IMG/VR virus record: IMGVR_UViG_3300031963_000013
Strand: one strand, 5' to 3'
Length of the DNA: 64,000 nucleotides
DNA from: a virus
Numbering within the stretch: position 1 is the stretch's first letter; each line of letters starts with the position of its first letter. Below are positions 25,767 through 35,993 of the stretch, piece after piece. Both the position numbers and the translations under genes were made by a program. The notes below the pieces were generated by a model, which had not been told where the DNA came from, made no database searches, and was given only the letters and a program-made list of their open reading frames with translations.

Positions 25767-28700
25767 ATGTCATCACTTACAGGACAAAACATAAAAGACA
25801 CTTACCAATCACTACTAAAAGTAGGCGATAACGGTCAAGTAACAAGCGTAGCTAAAGGAGTTACCGATGGATTAGGTAATTCAACCGGCCTATATCTCCA
25901 AAACGATGGAGTTCTATTGAGTGGATCCGTTAGCGTGTCTGGAAGTTTAAACGCGTCGGCGTCCTACGCACTCACAGCTTCATACGCATTGAACGGTGGC
26001 GGCGGAGGCGGCGGAACACCCGGTGGTTCGAATACACAGATACAGTTTAATAGTGCAAATACTTTTGCAGGAACTGGATCTTTTACTTTTAACTACACAA
26101 GTCAAAGCTTACAGCAAGGCTTAACTGTTACGGCTAAAGGACAGTATTCACACGCTGAAGGTCAGCAAACGGTAGCAGTAGGAGATTATTCACACGCAGA
26201 AGGTAATACTACAACAGCAATAGGAGGTTGGTCACACGCAGAAGGATTTGTAACAATAGCAGTAGGAGGCTATTCTCACGCAGAAGGATCCTTCACAACA
26301 GCAATAGGAATCGGTTCACACGCTGAAGGTACTAATACAACAGCAATAGGAAATGGATCACACGCTGAAGGATTTGTAACAACAGCAGCAGGATTTGCAT
26401 CACACGCAGAAGGTGAGCGGACAACAGCAGTAGGTGACTACTCACACGCTATCGGTGGATACGTCGTAGCAATAGGCAACGTTTCACACGCAGAAGGAAG
26501 CAATACAACATCAGTTGGAAACAGCTCTCATGCTGAAGGTAATACTACAATAGCAGTAGGTGACTATTCACACGCAGAAGGTAGACAGACAACAGCAATA
26601 GGAGTCGGTTCACACGCAGAAGGTGGAAGTACGACAGCAATAGGAGGTGGATCCCACACAGAAGGTCAGTTTACTATAGCAATAGGAGGCTACTCGCATG
26701 CCGAAGGTGGTCTTACAATAGCAGACGCTTTATCAGGCTACTTCGGTATACAAGGCTACTCACATGCCGAAGGTTACTTAACTGTAACATCCGGATCTAT
26801 AGCTCACGCTGAAGGATATCAAACAACTGCGATAGGGAATATGTCCCACGCTGAAGGCGGCCTTACAATAGCAATAGGAGACTATTCACACGCAGAAGGT
26901 CTAAGTACAACAGCAGTAGGAAATAGCTCACACGCAGAAGGTCAAAATACAACAGCAGTTGGTTTAGCATCCCACGCTGAAGGTGACCAAACAACAGCAA
27001 TAGGAGGTGGATCCCACACAGAAGGTCAGTTTACTATAGCAATAGGAGGCTACTCGCATGCTGAAGGTAGTAATACAACAGCAGTTGGTTTAGCATCACA
27101 CGCCGAAGGAAGCAATACAACATCAGTTGGAAACAACTCTCATGCTGAAGGTGGTCTTACAATAGCAATTGGACTTCAATCACATGCTGAAGGTCGGTTT
27201 ACAACAGCAATAGGAGGCTATTCTCACGCAGAAGGTTCTAATACAACAGCAGTAGGAACCCACTCACACGCTGAAGGTAGTAATACACAAGCAATTGGTG
27301 CAGATTCACATGCAGAAGGCGGCTTTACAATAGCAGAGGCACTCACAAGCTATGGTGGTATACAAGGCTACTCACATGCTGAAGGTTACCAGACAGTGAC
27401 GTCAGGCTCGATGGCTCATGCTGAAGGATATCAAACAACTGCGATAGGGAATATGTCCCACGCAGAAGGTCAAAGCACGACTGCAGTAGGACAACAATCA
27501 CACGCAGAAGGATTTATAACAACAGCAATAGGAGACAGCTCACACGCAGAAGGTCAAGGTACAAGAGCGGTAGGACAACAATCACATGCAGAAGGTTCTA
27601 GTACAACAGCGGTAGGAAACAATACACACACCGAAGGTGACCAAACAACAGCAATAGGAGGTGGATCCCACACAGAAGGTCAGTTTACTATAGCAATAGG
27701 AGGCTACTCGCATGCTGAAGGTGGTCTTACAGTAGCAAATGCTGTTTCTGGTTATAATACGTTATTTGACGGATTTGGTACAATTCAAGGCTACTCACAC
27801 GCTGAAGGATTCAAGACAGTAACATCAGGATCAGCAGCACACGCTGAAGGTTACCGTACAACGGCTTTAGGCAATTTATCCCACGCTGAAGGTTCACTTA
27901 CGAAAGCAACAGGAGATGTTTCACACGCTGAAGGTAATAATACAACAGCTATAGGCACAGGTTCACACGCAGAAGGTCAAAGCACAACAGCGGTAGGACG
28001 AGGATCGCACGCAGAAGGAATTGGTACAATAGCAGTAGGAGACTATTCTCATGCTGAAGGTACTCAAACAACAGCAATAGGATATGTATCACACGCAGAA
28101 GGTAACAGGACGACAGCAGTAGGAGACTATTCTCATGCTGAAGGATTTGTAACGATGGCAATAGGAGGCTACTCACACACCGAAGGGTTTACTACAACAG
28201 CAATAGGAGATTGGTCACACGCAGAAGGTGTAGCAACAACAGCAGTAGGAGTTTACTCACATGCAGAAGGTGAATTTACAACAGCAATAGGAACTGGCTC
28301 ACACGCAGAAGGATTTGTAACAATAGCAGTGCAACGCAATTCCCACGCTGAAGGTAGTGGTACAATAGCATTAGGAGGCTATTCTCATGCTGAAGGTTCT
28401 CAAACAACAGCAATAGGAACCCACTCACACGCTGAAGGTGAACGCACAATAGCATTAGGCCAATCATCACACGCAGAAGGTGCAAGTACAGTAGCTTCTG
28501 GCTCTTACCAACTAGCTATAGGCGGATATAACACTCAGGGAGATGATAAATCGGCTTTCATAATTGGCGCTGGAAGTATACTGACCAGAGCAGACGCTCT
28601 TAAAGTACAAGTATTTAATAGCAGTGGATTACAAAACGTAGGCACGCTTGCAACAAGCTCAGTAGTGCTACCTCAAGTATCACAATCTCTTAACTTTGCA

Positions 28701-28784
28701 GACGATACTGCAGCCGCAGCTGCTGGTGTTCCGCTAGGAGGATTGTATCACACAACAGGTACCATAAAGATAAGATTGACATAA
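25767..28784 (+). CDS. Fibre/adhesin with YadA-head-like 14-aa repeats
   Basis: About 54 copies of SHAEGxxTxAxGxx; N-terminal GGSNTQIQFN; C-terminal ADDTAAAAAGVPLGGLY. Confidence 0.8.
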   Translation: MSSLTGQNIKDTYQSLLKVGDNGQVTSVAKGVTDGLGNSTGLYLQNDGVLLSGSVSVSGSLNASASYALTASYALNGGGGGGGTPGGSNTQIQFNSANTFAGTGSFTFNYTSQSLQQGLTVTAKGQYSHAEGQQTVAVGDYSHAEGNTTTAIGGWSHAEGFVTIAVGGYSHAEGSFTTAIGIGSHAEGTNTTAIGNGSHAEGFVTTAAGFASHAEGERTTAVGDYSHAIGGYVVAIGNVSHAEGSNTTSVGNSSHAEGNTTIAVGDYSHAEGRQTTAIGVGSHAEGGSTTAIGGGSHTEGQFTIAIGGYSHAEGGLTIADALSGYFGIQGYSHAEGYLTVTSGSIAHAEGYQTTAIGNMSHAEGGLTIAIGDYSHAEGLSTTAVGNSSHAEGQNTTAVGLASHAEGDQTTAIGGGSHTEGQFTIAIGGYSHAEGSNTTAVGLASHAEGSNTTSVGNNSHAEGGLTIAIGLQSHAEGRFTTAIGGYSHAEGSNTTAVGTHSHAEGSNTQAIGADSHAEGGFTIAEALTSYGGIQGYSHAEGYQTVTSGSMAHAEGYQTTAIGNMSHAEGQSTTAVGQQSHAEGFITTAIGDSSHAEGQGTRAVGQQSHAEGSSTTAVGNNTHTEGDQTTAIGGGSHTEGQFTIAIGGYSHAEGGLTVANAVSGYNTLFDGFGTIQGYSHAEGFKTVTSGSAAHAEGYRTTALGNLSHAEGSLTKATGDVSHAEGNNTTAIGTGSHAEGQSTTAVGRGSHAEGIGTIAVGDYSHAEGTQTTAIGYVSHAEGNRTTAVGDYSHAEGFVTMAIGGYSHTEGFTTTAIGDWSHAEGVATTAVGVYSHAEGEFTTAIGTGSHAEGFVTIAVQRNSHAEGSGTIALGGYSHAEGSQTTAIGTHSHAEGERTIALGQSSHAEGASTVASGSYQLAIGGYNTQGDDKSAFIIGAGSILTRADALKVQVFNSSGLQNVGTLATSSVVLPQVSQSLNFADDTAAAAAGVPLGGLYHTTGTIKIRLT
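26148..28481 (+). repeat. Degenerate 42-bp coding tandem repeat with higher-order duplications
   Basis: TCACACGC(A/T)GAAGG core every 42 nt; an exact 68-bp block occurs at 26634, 26994 and 27648. Confidence 0.9.
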
Positions 28785-28788
28785 ACAA

Positions 28789-28808
28789 AAATAATTGTTA
28801 TATTAATA
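28789..28808 (+). promoter_or_regulatory. Putative second-class promoter AAATAATTGTTATATTAATA
   Basis: 18/20 match to 8701-8720; directly upstream of the glycosyltransferase pair. Confidence 0.5.
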
Positions 28809-28811
28809 GCT

Positions 28812-29933
28812 ATGAAAGTTTTAGTTATATTCCCTGACAGCATTTCTACGCCTACAGGAGGCCTTGGTGTGCAATTTAAGAACATACACTCTAGGTTAAA
28901 AAACAAGATAGATTTTTACGTGGCAGGTTACCCAGACGGCCCAAACGGGGTTGATAATTACGTAGGGGTTTACCACCCTATACCGTCAATAAAACACGGA
29001 TCTGTTAACACTTTGTTGGGCCACACTATATACCTGGCAGAAGCTTTAAAGTTTCCAAAACCTGATGTAGTTCACGCGTACGATTGGTCCACTTACTTTG
29101 CTGGGGTTTACTTAGCACAAATACACAACGTACCGTTGCTTTTATCAATGCAACTTTCAGCAAACGCGATGGTCTCTGCTGGAATTACAAACTGTTACGA
29201 CTTCAATACAGTAGACGGTTACTGGTTGCACAAAGCTCACGTAGAGACTGAATGGTTTGGTCTGCAAAAAGCAGATAAAATTATAAACGTTTCTAAAGGG
29301 TACGCAAAGTATTTCCCTCAGTTCTCCAATAAAACTACGATCATACCAAACGGAATCGATCTAAAAGATTGGCAACCCACAGACAAAGTCAAATTACCAG
29401 GAGATAGAAAACACAAGATCGTCTACATAGGTCGTTTTTCCTTAATGAAATCAACAGACGTTTTACTTGACGCAGAAATACCAGAAGACGTAGATCTAAT
29501 ATTTGTTGGATCTTACAATGGAGGAGATCATGCGTGTGTATCCAAACTAGAAAAAACCATCGGAAATAAACCGGGGTTTCACTATTACGGTCCCGTGTAC
29601 GAACAAGACAAAGTAAATTTACTGCATTCAGCCGACGCAGTCATAATGCCCAGCAAACACGAACCCTTCGGTATCGTAGCGTTGGAGGCCTTAGCGTCTA
29701 AAAACGTATTAATAGCTTCCAGAGTAGACGGGTTGGGGGATTTTTTGAATGACGATAATAGCATCAACTGCGGATTAACAGCAGAAGACATGTCAGCAGC
29801 TATGCACAAATTCACACAATTAAGCGATTTAGAGAGGGAAAACATGATTGAAAACGGTCTTAAGACGTGCGAACAGTACAAATGGGACGAAATAGCCGAA
29901 GAATATTACGAAGTTTATAAATCTATGCTATGA
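28812..29933 (+). CDS. GT-B glycosyltransferase, GT4 family
   Basis: GGLG, PDVVHAYDW, IPNGID, YIGR, MPSKHEPFGIVALEALAS and SRVDGL. Confidence 0.92.
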   Translation: MKVLVIFPDSISTPTGGLGVQFKNIHSRLKNKIDFYVAGYPDGPNGVDNYVGVYHPIPSIKHGSVNTLLGHTIYLAEALKFPKPDVVHAYDWSTYFAGVYLAQIHNVPLLLSMQLSANAMVSAGITNCYDFNTVDGYWLHKAHVETEWFGLQKADKIINVSKGYAKYFPQFSNKTTIIPNGIDLKDWQPTDKVKLPGDRKHKIVYIGRFSLMKSTDVLLDAEIPEDVDLIFVGSYNGGDHACVSKLEKTIGNKPGFHYYGPVYEQDKVNLLHSADAVIMPSKHEPFGIVALEALASKNVLIASRVDGLGDFLNDDNSINCGLTAEDMSAAMHKFTQLSDLERENMIENGLKTCEQYKWDEIAEEYYEVYKSML

Positions 29934-30976
29934 AAGTAAAAGTAAGTTACGTTACCCAAAACCCGACTACATTAGGTTCACCAACGATAGCTGTCGCAGA
30001 TTCACCTTACGAAAAAATACTTGGAGATTTGACAGATCTGTCTGATAACACGTCTTACAAAATAGAGTTAAACAAACAGAACAACTTTACTTATTTTGGT
30101 CCAAAACAGTGGTTTGGTCATTGGGATGTAAAATTACACAATCCGTTTGGAAAACAGATACACTCAGAGACCTACGATGCGACTGGTAAAACTGTCTTCA
30201 TCAAGATAGACGCATCAGCGCTGGGAGACAATCTGGCTTGGATAGACTACGTGGATCAGTTTAGAGTCAAACACAATTGCAACGTTGTATGTTCGACTTT
30301 TTTTAACGAACTGTTTATAGACTCGTACCCAAAGATAATGTTTGTAAAACCAAACACTAGAATAGATAATGTCTACGCGCAGTATTACGTAGGAACAAAC
30401 AACCATTTAAATCGTGTGTACCAACCATCTTTGTATTTAGATAACCCTTTACAAAAGATAGCATCCGATATATTGGGATTGAAATACCGAGAGTCCGTAG
30501 CTAAGATAAAGTTACCCACTCATTTACAGAAGAAAAAACAAGTTACCATAAGCGAATACGCCTCTTTAAGAGTCAAAGAGTGGAATGTAGTGGGTGGCTG
30601 GCAGTCTATAGTAGATCTGTTTAACAGTTTAGGTTTTGAAGTGATAGTAATAAGCAAAGAATACTCTTACTTACAAAACGTAACTAACAAATCAGGAGAT
30701 CTTCCATTAGAGGATAGGATTAAGGACATATACCAATCCAAGTATCACGTAGGACTGTCAAGCGGTCTATCGTGGTTAGCCACAAGCTGTTGTACGCACA
30801 CATTTTTGATATCAGACTTTACTCCACCGTATCACGAAATAAAATCAAACGTAACTAGAATATACAACGAAACACACCCAAGAGACTCAATAACCTACTC
30901 AGAAGTGAAAAATCCAGTAACCATTGAGCACGTCCTAGACAAAATAAGACTAAAATTAAACAAAGACGGTTATTAA
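29930..30976 (+). CDS. Aah/TibC-like (autotransporter heptosyltransferase-like) protein O-glycosyltransferase
   Basis: GKTVFI.IDASALGDNLAW..YVDQFR.KHNC.VVCSTF..ELF...YP.I.F and VGLSSGLSWLA resemble the BAHT/GT9-like family. Confidence 0.7.
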   Translation: MKVKVSYVTQNPTTLGSPTIAVADSPYEKILGDLTDLSDNTSYKIELNKQNNFTYFGPKQWFGHWDVKLHNPFGKQIHSETYDATGKTVFIKIDASALGDNLAWIDYVDQFRVKHNCNVVCSTFFNELFIDSYPKIMFVKPNTRIDNVYAQYYVGTNNHLNRVYQPSLYLDNPLQKIASDILGLKYRESVAKIKLPTHLQKKKQVTISEYASLRVKEWNVVGGWQSIVDLFNSLGFEVIVISKEYSYLQNVTNKSGDLPLEDRIKDIYQSKYHVGLSSGLSWLATSCCTHTFLISDFTPPYHEIKSNVTRIYNETHPRDSITYSEVKNPVTIEHVLDKIRLKLNKDGY

Positions 30977-30979
30977 TGG

Positions 30980-30987
30980 TATTTATT
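30980..30987 (+). promoter_or_regulatory. Putative late promoter TATTTATT
   Basis: Before ATG 31018. Confidence 0.55.
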
Positions 30988-31017
30988 AGAGAATTATTGA
31001 CACTTAAAACAAAAAAT

Positions 31018-31224
31018 ATGTGGGAAAAAATCAATAAACTATCTGTAAAAGTAGTTGTAGCTGTCATCATTGTACTAGCAAGTTTTGGTTTACTGTACTT
31101 TTTATTATTCAAACAAGTACCTGAACACAACAAACAACTTTTAGATGTAATGGTCGGTGCCACTGTTGGCAGCTCGATGACAGCTGTATTGGGATGGTTA
31201 TTTACGCAATCTAAGACGGGATAG
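31018..31224 (+). CDS. Small 2-TM membrane protein (holin-like)
   Basis: 68 aa with two hydrophobic helices. Confidence 0.5.
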   Translation: MWEKINKLSVKVVVAVIIVLASFGLLYFLLFKQVPEHNKQLLDVMVGATVGSSMTAVLGWLFTQSKTG

Positions 31225-31238
31225 TACGCAATATTACA

Positions 31239-31246
31239 TATTTATT
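31239..31246 (+). promoter_or_regulatory. Putative late promoter TATTTATT followed by a palindromic leader
   Basis: Followed by palindromes AGCTATATAGCT (31250-31261) and TTAGTATATACTAA (31274-31287). Confidence 0.55.
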
Positions 31247-31301
31247 ATAAGCTATATAGCTGCGCCAATAAATTTAGTATATACTAATCCCCTATTGACA
31301 C

Positions 31302-34300
31302 ATGTCAAACCAATATCTTAAGCTTCGCAGAAGCACCATTCCTGGTAAAACGCCAACAACAGAATCTTTAGATTTCGGAGAAATAGCGTTAAACACGTAC
31401 GATGGTTTGGCGTTCATAAAAAAGAGCGGATCAAACGGGGAAGAGATAGTTACTATAGGTGCTACATCCGCAAACCAATTCTACTACACAGGTAGCGCTC
31501 CTTCTGGTTCTTTCATATCGACAGGATCGCTTTGGATGGATTCCGACGACGGCAACCTCTACATTTACATAGACGATGGCACCAACAAACTTTGGTTGCA
31601 ACCTACCGTCGAAGGCGCTCAAGGTCCACAGGGTCCACAAGGTCCATCTGGTTCACAGGGCCAACAGGGTCCATCAGGATCAAGCGACATATCGGGTTCG
31701 GAGTATTACGCGGCTGTGTACATTTCCCCAGACCAACTGAGGACTGGCTCAATATACGATAGCGGATCTTTCACTGCCATAGGTGCAACAGCTCCCGTAG
31801 ATCCAACAAATCCCGATAGGCTTTTTATAGACGCTGGAGACACAGAATCGTATAACCTACTTTCAGGTCACGGTACAGTAAACAATTACCTGCAACTAAA
31901 CATTCAAAATTTTAGTCCAGGAGAAACAGGCTCATCTGATATAGTAGCAACGGCAGACAACGGAGATGAAACTGGCTACTTTATCGACATGGGCATCAAC
32001 GGCAGCGGGTATGCCAGCCCTAGCGGTATAGGCAACGCTAACGATGCTTATTTGTATTCCACAGGACAAGACCTATTGATTGGTAACGCAACTCCTAACC
32101 ACAGAGTTATCATCTTTAATGGAGAGGGCCCAGCATTAGATAACGCTAGACTCTACATTACAGCTCAAGGTACGGTAGGTGTTAATGCTAGCGATACAAA
32201 CCTAAGCAATCCTGAAGCCCTACTCGTAGAACCTTTGATATCGGGGAGCGCAGGCAACGATTTTAGTAACCTCATCATAGGCAGAGGCACGGTAAATGAA
32301 AACTACATGCAGCTAAATATCCAGAACTTAGGTTCTGGTTCAGCTGCCTCATCCGATATAGTAGCCACTAACGATATAGGTGATGAAACAAGCTATTACA
32401 TCGATATGGGTGTTAATAGTAGTGGATATAATACTCCCAATGCTGTTGGTACAGCAAGCGACGCCTATCTTTACTCAACAGCAGAACACTTACATATAGG
32501 AAACGCATCAGCAGGAATGCCTGTAATGTTTTTTGCTGGTGGATTAGATGCAGAAGCAAATAAAAAATTAGAACTATGGCCAGACAACCAACACACAATG
32601 TCTGGTTCTTTAAACATAACAGGTTCACTAAGAGTACTAGAAGGAATTACAGGTTCATTATTTGGTACTGCAAGTTGGGCTCAAAACGCTCTAACAGCTT
32701 CGTTTGCTCTTAATGTTTCGGGCACAATAAACAACGCTATAAACGCCGAAACAGCATCTTACGTAAACCCGCTAAGACAAGAAGTTATCGTAACCGGTTC
32801 TCTTAAATTATCCGGATCTGTAGAATTGGTATCTAATATCAGTTGGCCAACGGTAGGATTTAATCCAACGATATCCACCGTTGCTTCTAATACTTTAAAT
32901 ATACAAGGTGGAGCAGTAAATATTTCATCTATAAACACAGGTATTAGATTAGCCTACAGTACAGCAAACACCTACTATTTCGGCGGTATCCACACATCAG
33001 AAACAGCTCCAACCCAACCAAACACAAATCCGGCTACTAACGGCGGTGCTTATTTTCAAATAACATCTACAAGGTACGGAACGTTAATAACAAGAACCGA
33101 CAGAGTAAGCTCAATAACAGGCTCAGCTCAAGGCTTATTAACCTACGCAACAGCAAGCAACGTTGAAGGTTTTTGGTACTACAATTCTGGGTCTTACCAG
33201 GGTTGGACAAGAATGCTTAACGATTCTGGTTCACAAACTATAAGCGGTTCTCTAACAGTGACCCAAGGCGTAACAGGTTCTTTATTTGGAACTGCTAGTT
33301 GGGCTCAAAATGCTCTAACAGCTTCGTTTGCTCTTAATGTGTCTGGTACAATAGACAACGCAATAAGTTCATCCTACGCTGAAACAGCATCCTTTGCGCC
33401 CGCTTACCTCCCTCTTACTGGTGGTACAATAAACGGTGACGTTATACTAAACGGAACAGCCTCTATAGCTTTCTTAAACGTAACCTATGAGTCCGCTTCT
33501 GTGATATACTCAAGCGGATCCAACCAGTTTGGAGATGCTACTAACGACGTTCAAACACTAATAGGGACTGTAACTGTATCAGGAAGCCAACAAGTTACCG
33601 GTTCATTAAATGCTCCCAACATAACAGGATCTTTGTTCGGTACTGCTAGTTGGGCAAATAACGCGACTACAGCATCTTATTTCTCAGGATCTGTATCAAA
33701 TGCTTTAACTTCGTCTTATTCTTTAGTTAATCTTCAACAGGTAACGGATAATGGGAATACTACAACAAATGACGTTTTTTTTAATAAAACAGAAGGTAGC
33801 GTTTCAATAACAAATGATGGTGGCGATCCTATTTTATCTGTTACTGCAAACAATGGCAACTACGCAACTATAACACCAAGCTATATTGAGCTTTATACAA
33901 ATATATCAAGCTCAAATAATAATCTTAAAATAACTATACCATATTCGTACAGTAACAGGTCAAGAACATTAAAGTTTCCTTTACCTTCGAGTTTAGATGA
34001 AAAGTTCATCCCCTTATCAGTACGTTTAAATAATGTAGAATATATATCTGATGATACAGGAAGTATAGATTTAGGAACAATAACTAATGTTCCAACAGCT
34101 TCATACGTTCTAAATGCTGTATCAAGTTCATTTGCTATAAGTGCTTCTCAAGCACAAAATGCAATAACGGCATCCTACGTACTAGCCTCCGGAGTAGCAG
34201 GTTTAAACCTCACGCAAATAGCAACTGCTAGTTTTACTGCTAGTGTATCACCAACGCAATTCACAGTAACTAGTGGAAGTATAACCGAGTTTATAGTTAC

Positions 34301-35111
34301 AGGAACGGGTGTTGCTATTGGAAGTGTAAGCACTGATACCCACACTGTAACAGGCTCTCTTAACGTATCGGGTTCGGGTGCGTTTACAAGCGATCTTACT
34401 GTATCTACTGCTTTAAAAACGTTTCCTACAAGCAACAACGTATTCGTAGGATCAACACCAATAGACAGCGGCTTTAAATTAGATGTAAACGGCACCACTA
34501 GACTACAAAACACGTTAACAATATCTACAGGTGGAGCCAACATTACAGGAAACGTCAATGTTAACGGATCTGTAACAGCGTCTGCTGCTTTAATCTCAGG
34601 ATCAGGAACACAAAGACTAACAGTTTTGGGGTCAGGCTCATTAGAACCACTATTCACTGTACGAGGTTCTCAAGGCGAATTATTCACTGTATCTGATAGC
34701 CTATCAGGTTCTCTGTTCAGTGTAAACGACATCTCAGGTTTTCCAGTGATCGAAGTGTTCTCGGACAGCACAACGCTGATGGGTAGCTATACAGCACCGT
34801 CGCTAAACACGACAGTCAAAACAACGACCACAAACAGCGGTAGCTTTACAATATACTCTTTACCTATCGGTTCTTATGACGGTGCGTTCGTGGAATACAC
34901 AGCGAAATCGGGTTCAAATGCAAGAGCGGGTCAGTTCATGGCTATATGGAGCGGATCTCTTGTTAATTACACAGACAACTCAACAACCGACTTCGGTAAC
35001 ACAGCAGCGTTCTCCCTCTCAGGATCAGTATCAGCAAGTTTATTGGTAATCACAGGTAATGTAACAACAGGAAGCGGGTGGGTTATCAAATCTATAATAC
35101 GAGGTATATAA
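31302..35111 (+). CDS. Long Ser/Thr-rich fibre protein (1269 aa)
   Basis: N-terminal KLRRS..PGK.P....GEIALNTYDG fibre-anchor motif; short collagen-like GPQ run; internal duplicated unit; TGSLFGTASWA repeats. Confidence 0.75.
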   Translation: MSNQYLKLRRSTIPGKTPTTESLDFGEIALNTYDGLAFIKKSGSNGEEIVTIGATSANQFYYTGSAPSGSFISTGSLWMDSDDGNLYIYIDDGTNKLWLQPTVEGAQGPQGPQGPSGSQGQQGPSGSSDISGSEYYAAVYISPDQLRTGSIYDSGSFTAIGATAPVDPTNPDRLFIDAGDTESYNLLSGHGTVNNYLQLNIQNFSPGETGSSDIVATADNGDETGYFIDMGINGSGYASPSGIGNANDAYLYSTGQDLLIGNATPNHRVIIFNGEGPALDNARLYITAQGTVGVNASDTNLSNPEALLVEPLISGSAGNDFSNLIIGRGTVNENYMQLNIQNLGSGSAASSDIVATNDIGDETSYYIDMGVNSSGYNTPNAVGTASDAYLYSTAEHLHIGNASAGMPVMFFAGGLDAEANKKLELWPDNQHTMSGSLNITGSLRVLEGITGSLFGTASWAQNALTASFALNVSGTINNAINAETASYVNPLRQEVIVTGSLKLSGSVELVSNISWPTVGFNPTISTVASNTLNIQGGAVNISSINTGIRLAYSTANTYYFGGIHTSETAPTQPNTNPATNGGAYFQITSTRYGTLITRTDRVSSITGSAQGLLTYATASNVEGFWYYNSGSYQGWTRMLNDSGSQTISGSLTVTQGVTGSLFGTASWAQNALTASFALNVSGTIDNAISSSYAETASFAPAYLPLTGGTINGDVILNGTASIAFLNVTYESASVIYSSGSNQFGDATNDVQTLIGTVTVSGSQQVTGSLNAPNITGSLFGTASWANNATTASYFSGSVSNALTSSYSLVNLQQVTDNGNTTTNDVFFNKTEGSVSITNDGGDPILSVTANNGNYATITPSYIELYTNISSSNNNLKITIPYSYSNRSRTLKFPLPSSLDEKFIPLSVRLNNVEYISDDTGSIDLGTITNVPTASYVLNAVSSSFAISASQAQNAITASYVLASGVAGLNLTQIATASFTASVSPTQFTVTSGSITEFIVTGTGVAIGSVSTDTHTVTGSLNVSGSGAFTSDLTVSTALKTFPTSNNVFVGSTPIDSGFKLDVNGTTRLQNTLTISTGGANITGNVNVNGSVTASAALISGSGTQRLTVLGSGSLEPLFTVRGSQGELFTVSDSLSGSLFSVNDISGFPVIEVFSDSTTLMGSYTAPSLNTTVKTTTTNSGSFTIYSLPIGSYDGAFVEYTAKSGSNARAGQFMAIWSGSLVNYTDNSTTDFGNTAAFSLSGSVSASLLVITGNVTTGSGWVIKSIIRGI

Positions 35112-35121
35112 AACATTAAAT

Positions 35122-35991
35122 ATGTTTAAAGTAAGAGGTAAAACTAGAATTGGACCGTTAAACATACTTAGAGATGCTGTCGTTGCATACTCTTTAAGAC
35201 GCATTAATCCTAACTATAGTGGATTTGCAATAAGAGTTAGAAGAACAGGCGATAACGCAGAACAAGACATTGGGTTTAACAGCGATGGAACATTAGATCA
35301 AACAGCTATAGTAAATTTTGTAGGAGGCAATATCGGTCACATAAGCATATGGTATGATCAATCTGGAAATAATACACACCAATTTAGAGGCATAAACGAT
35401 GGTGGAGCGGGCTTTGATCGTGGGCCAATAATACTAAGCGGCGTAATACAAACAAACCCAACAAATGGACTACCAGCTGCTTATTTCGACGGTTCAAGGA
35501 GCATGATTTCTAATCCAATCACAAATATTACTTCACTTCAAGGAGAGTGGAGTACAATTGCCGTATCAAATTCTTTTTCTTCTGCTACAAGAGTGTTAAT
35601 ATCATCAGATACAGTAGGTGTTAGACTTGGACAATTTCTTAGAATAGCAAATTCAAATATATATTCTACTGTTGGATTCAACACTGCTGGAACCGCGGTA
35701 AGGGATGATAATTCTGTATTAAGAACTAATAATGATTTTAATATATTATTTTCATACAGAGATACTTCTTTTGTAGAAATATTTGTAAATAATTTTAGTA
35801 ATGGTAAAACGTTTGTTTCTGGAACTCCTGCTTCAGGTTTTAATACTCCAATAGAGCTTGGATATAGAAATTCAATATTTAGTACTGTTTGGCAAGGTTA
35901 TTTACAAGAGGTTATACACTACAACGTTACTAACATTAATCGATACGTTGACATAACTAATTCAATCAACAGTTATTACAGAATATTTTAA
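35122..35991 (+). CDS. ConA/LamG-like (arabinofuranosidase-B-catalytic-like) lectin-fold protein
   Basis: AYSLRR...Y.G.AIRVRR..DNAEQDIGF...WYDQSGN...EVIHYN. Confidence 0.7.
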   Translation: MFKVRGKTRIGPLNILRDAVVAYSLRRINPNYSGFAIRVRRTGDNAEQDIGFNSDGTLDQTAIVNFVGGNIGHISIWYDQSGNNTHQFRGINDGGAGFDRGPIILSGVIQTNPTNGLPAAYFDGSRSMISNPITNITSLQGEWSTIAVSNSFSSATRVLISSDTVGVRLGQFLRIANSNIYSTVGFNTAGTAVRDDNSVLRTNNDFNILFSYRDTSFVEIFVNNFSNGKTFVSGTPASGFNTPIELGYRNSIFSTVWQGYLQEVIHYNVTNINRYVDITNSINSYYRIF

Positions 35992-35993
35992 TT

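Noticed and set aside
26148-28481. Regular 42-bp periodicity resembling a CRISPR array
   Set aside because: Repeats are degenerate at third codon positions, stay in frame within a 1005-aa ORF, have no unique spacers, and no cas genes are present.
31615-31685. Collagen-like protein
   Set aside because: Only about 7 G-x-y triplets; treated as a short linker within the fibre.
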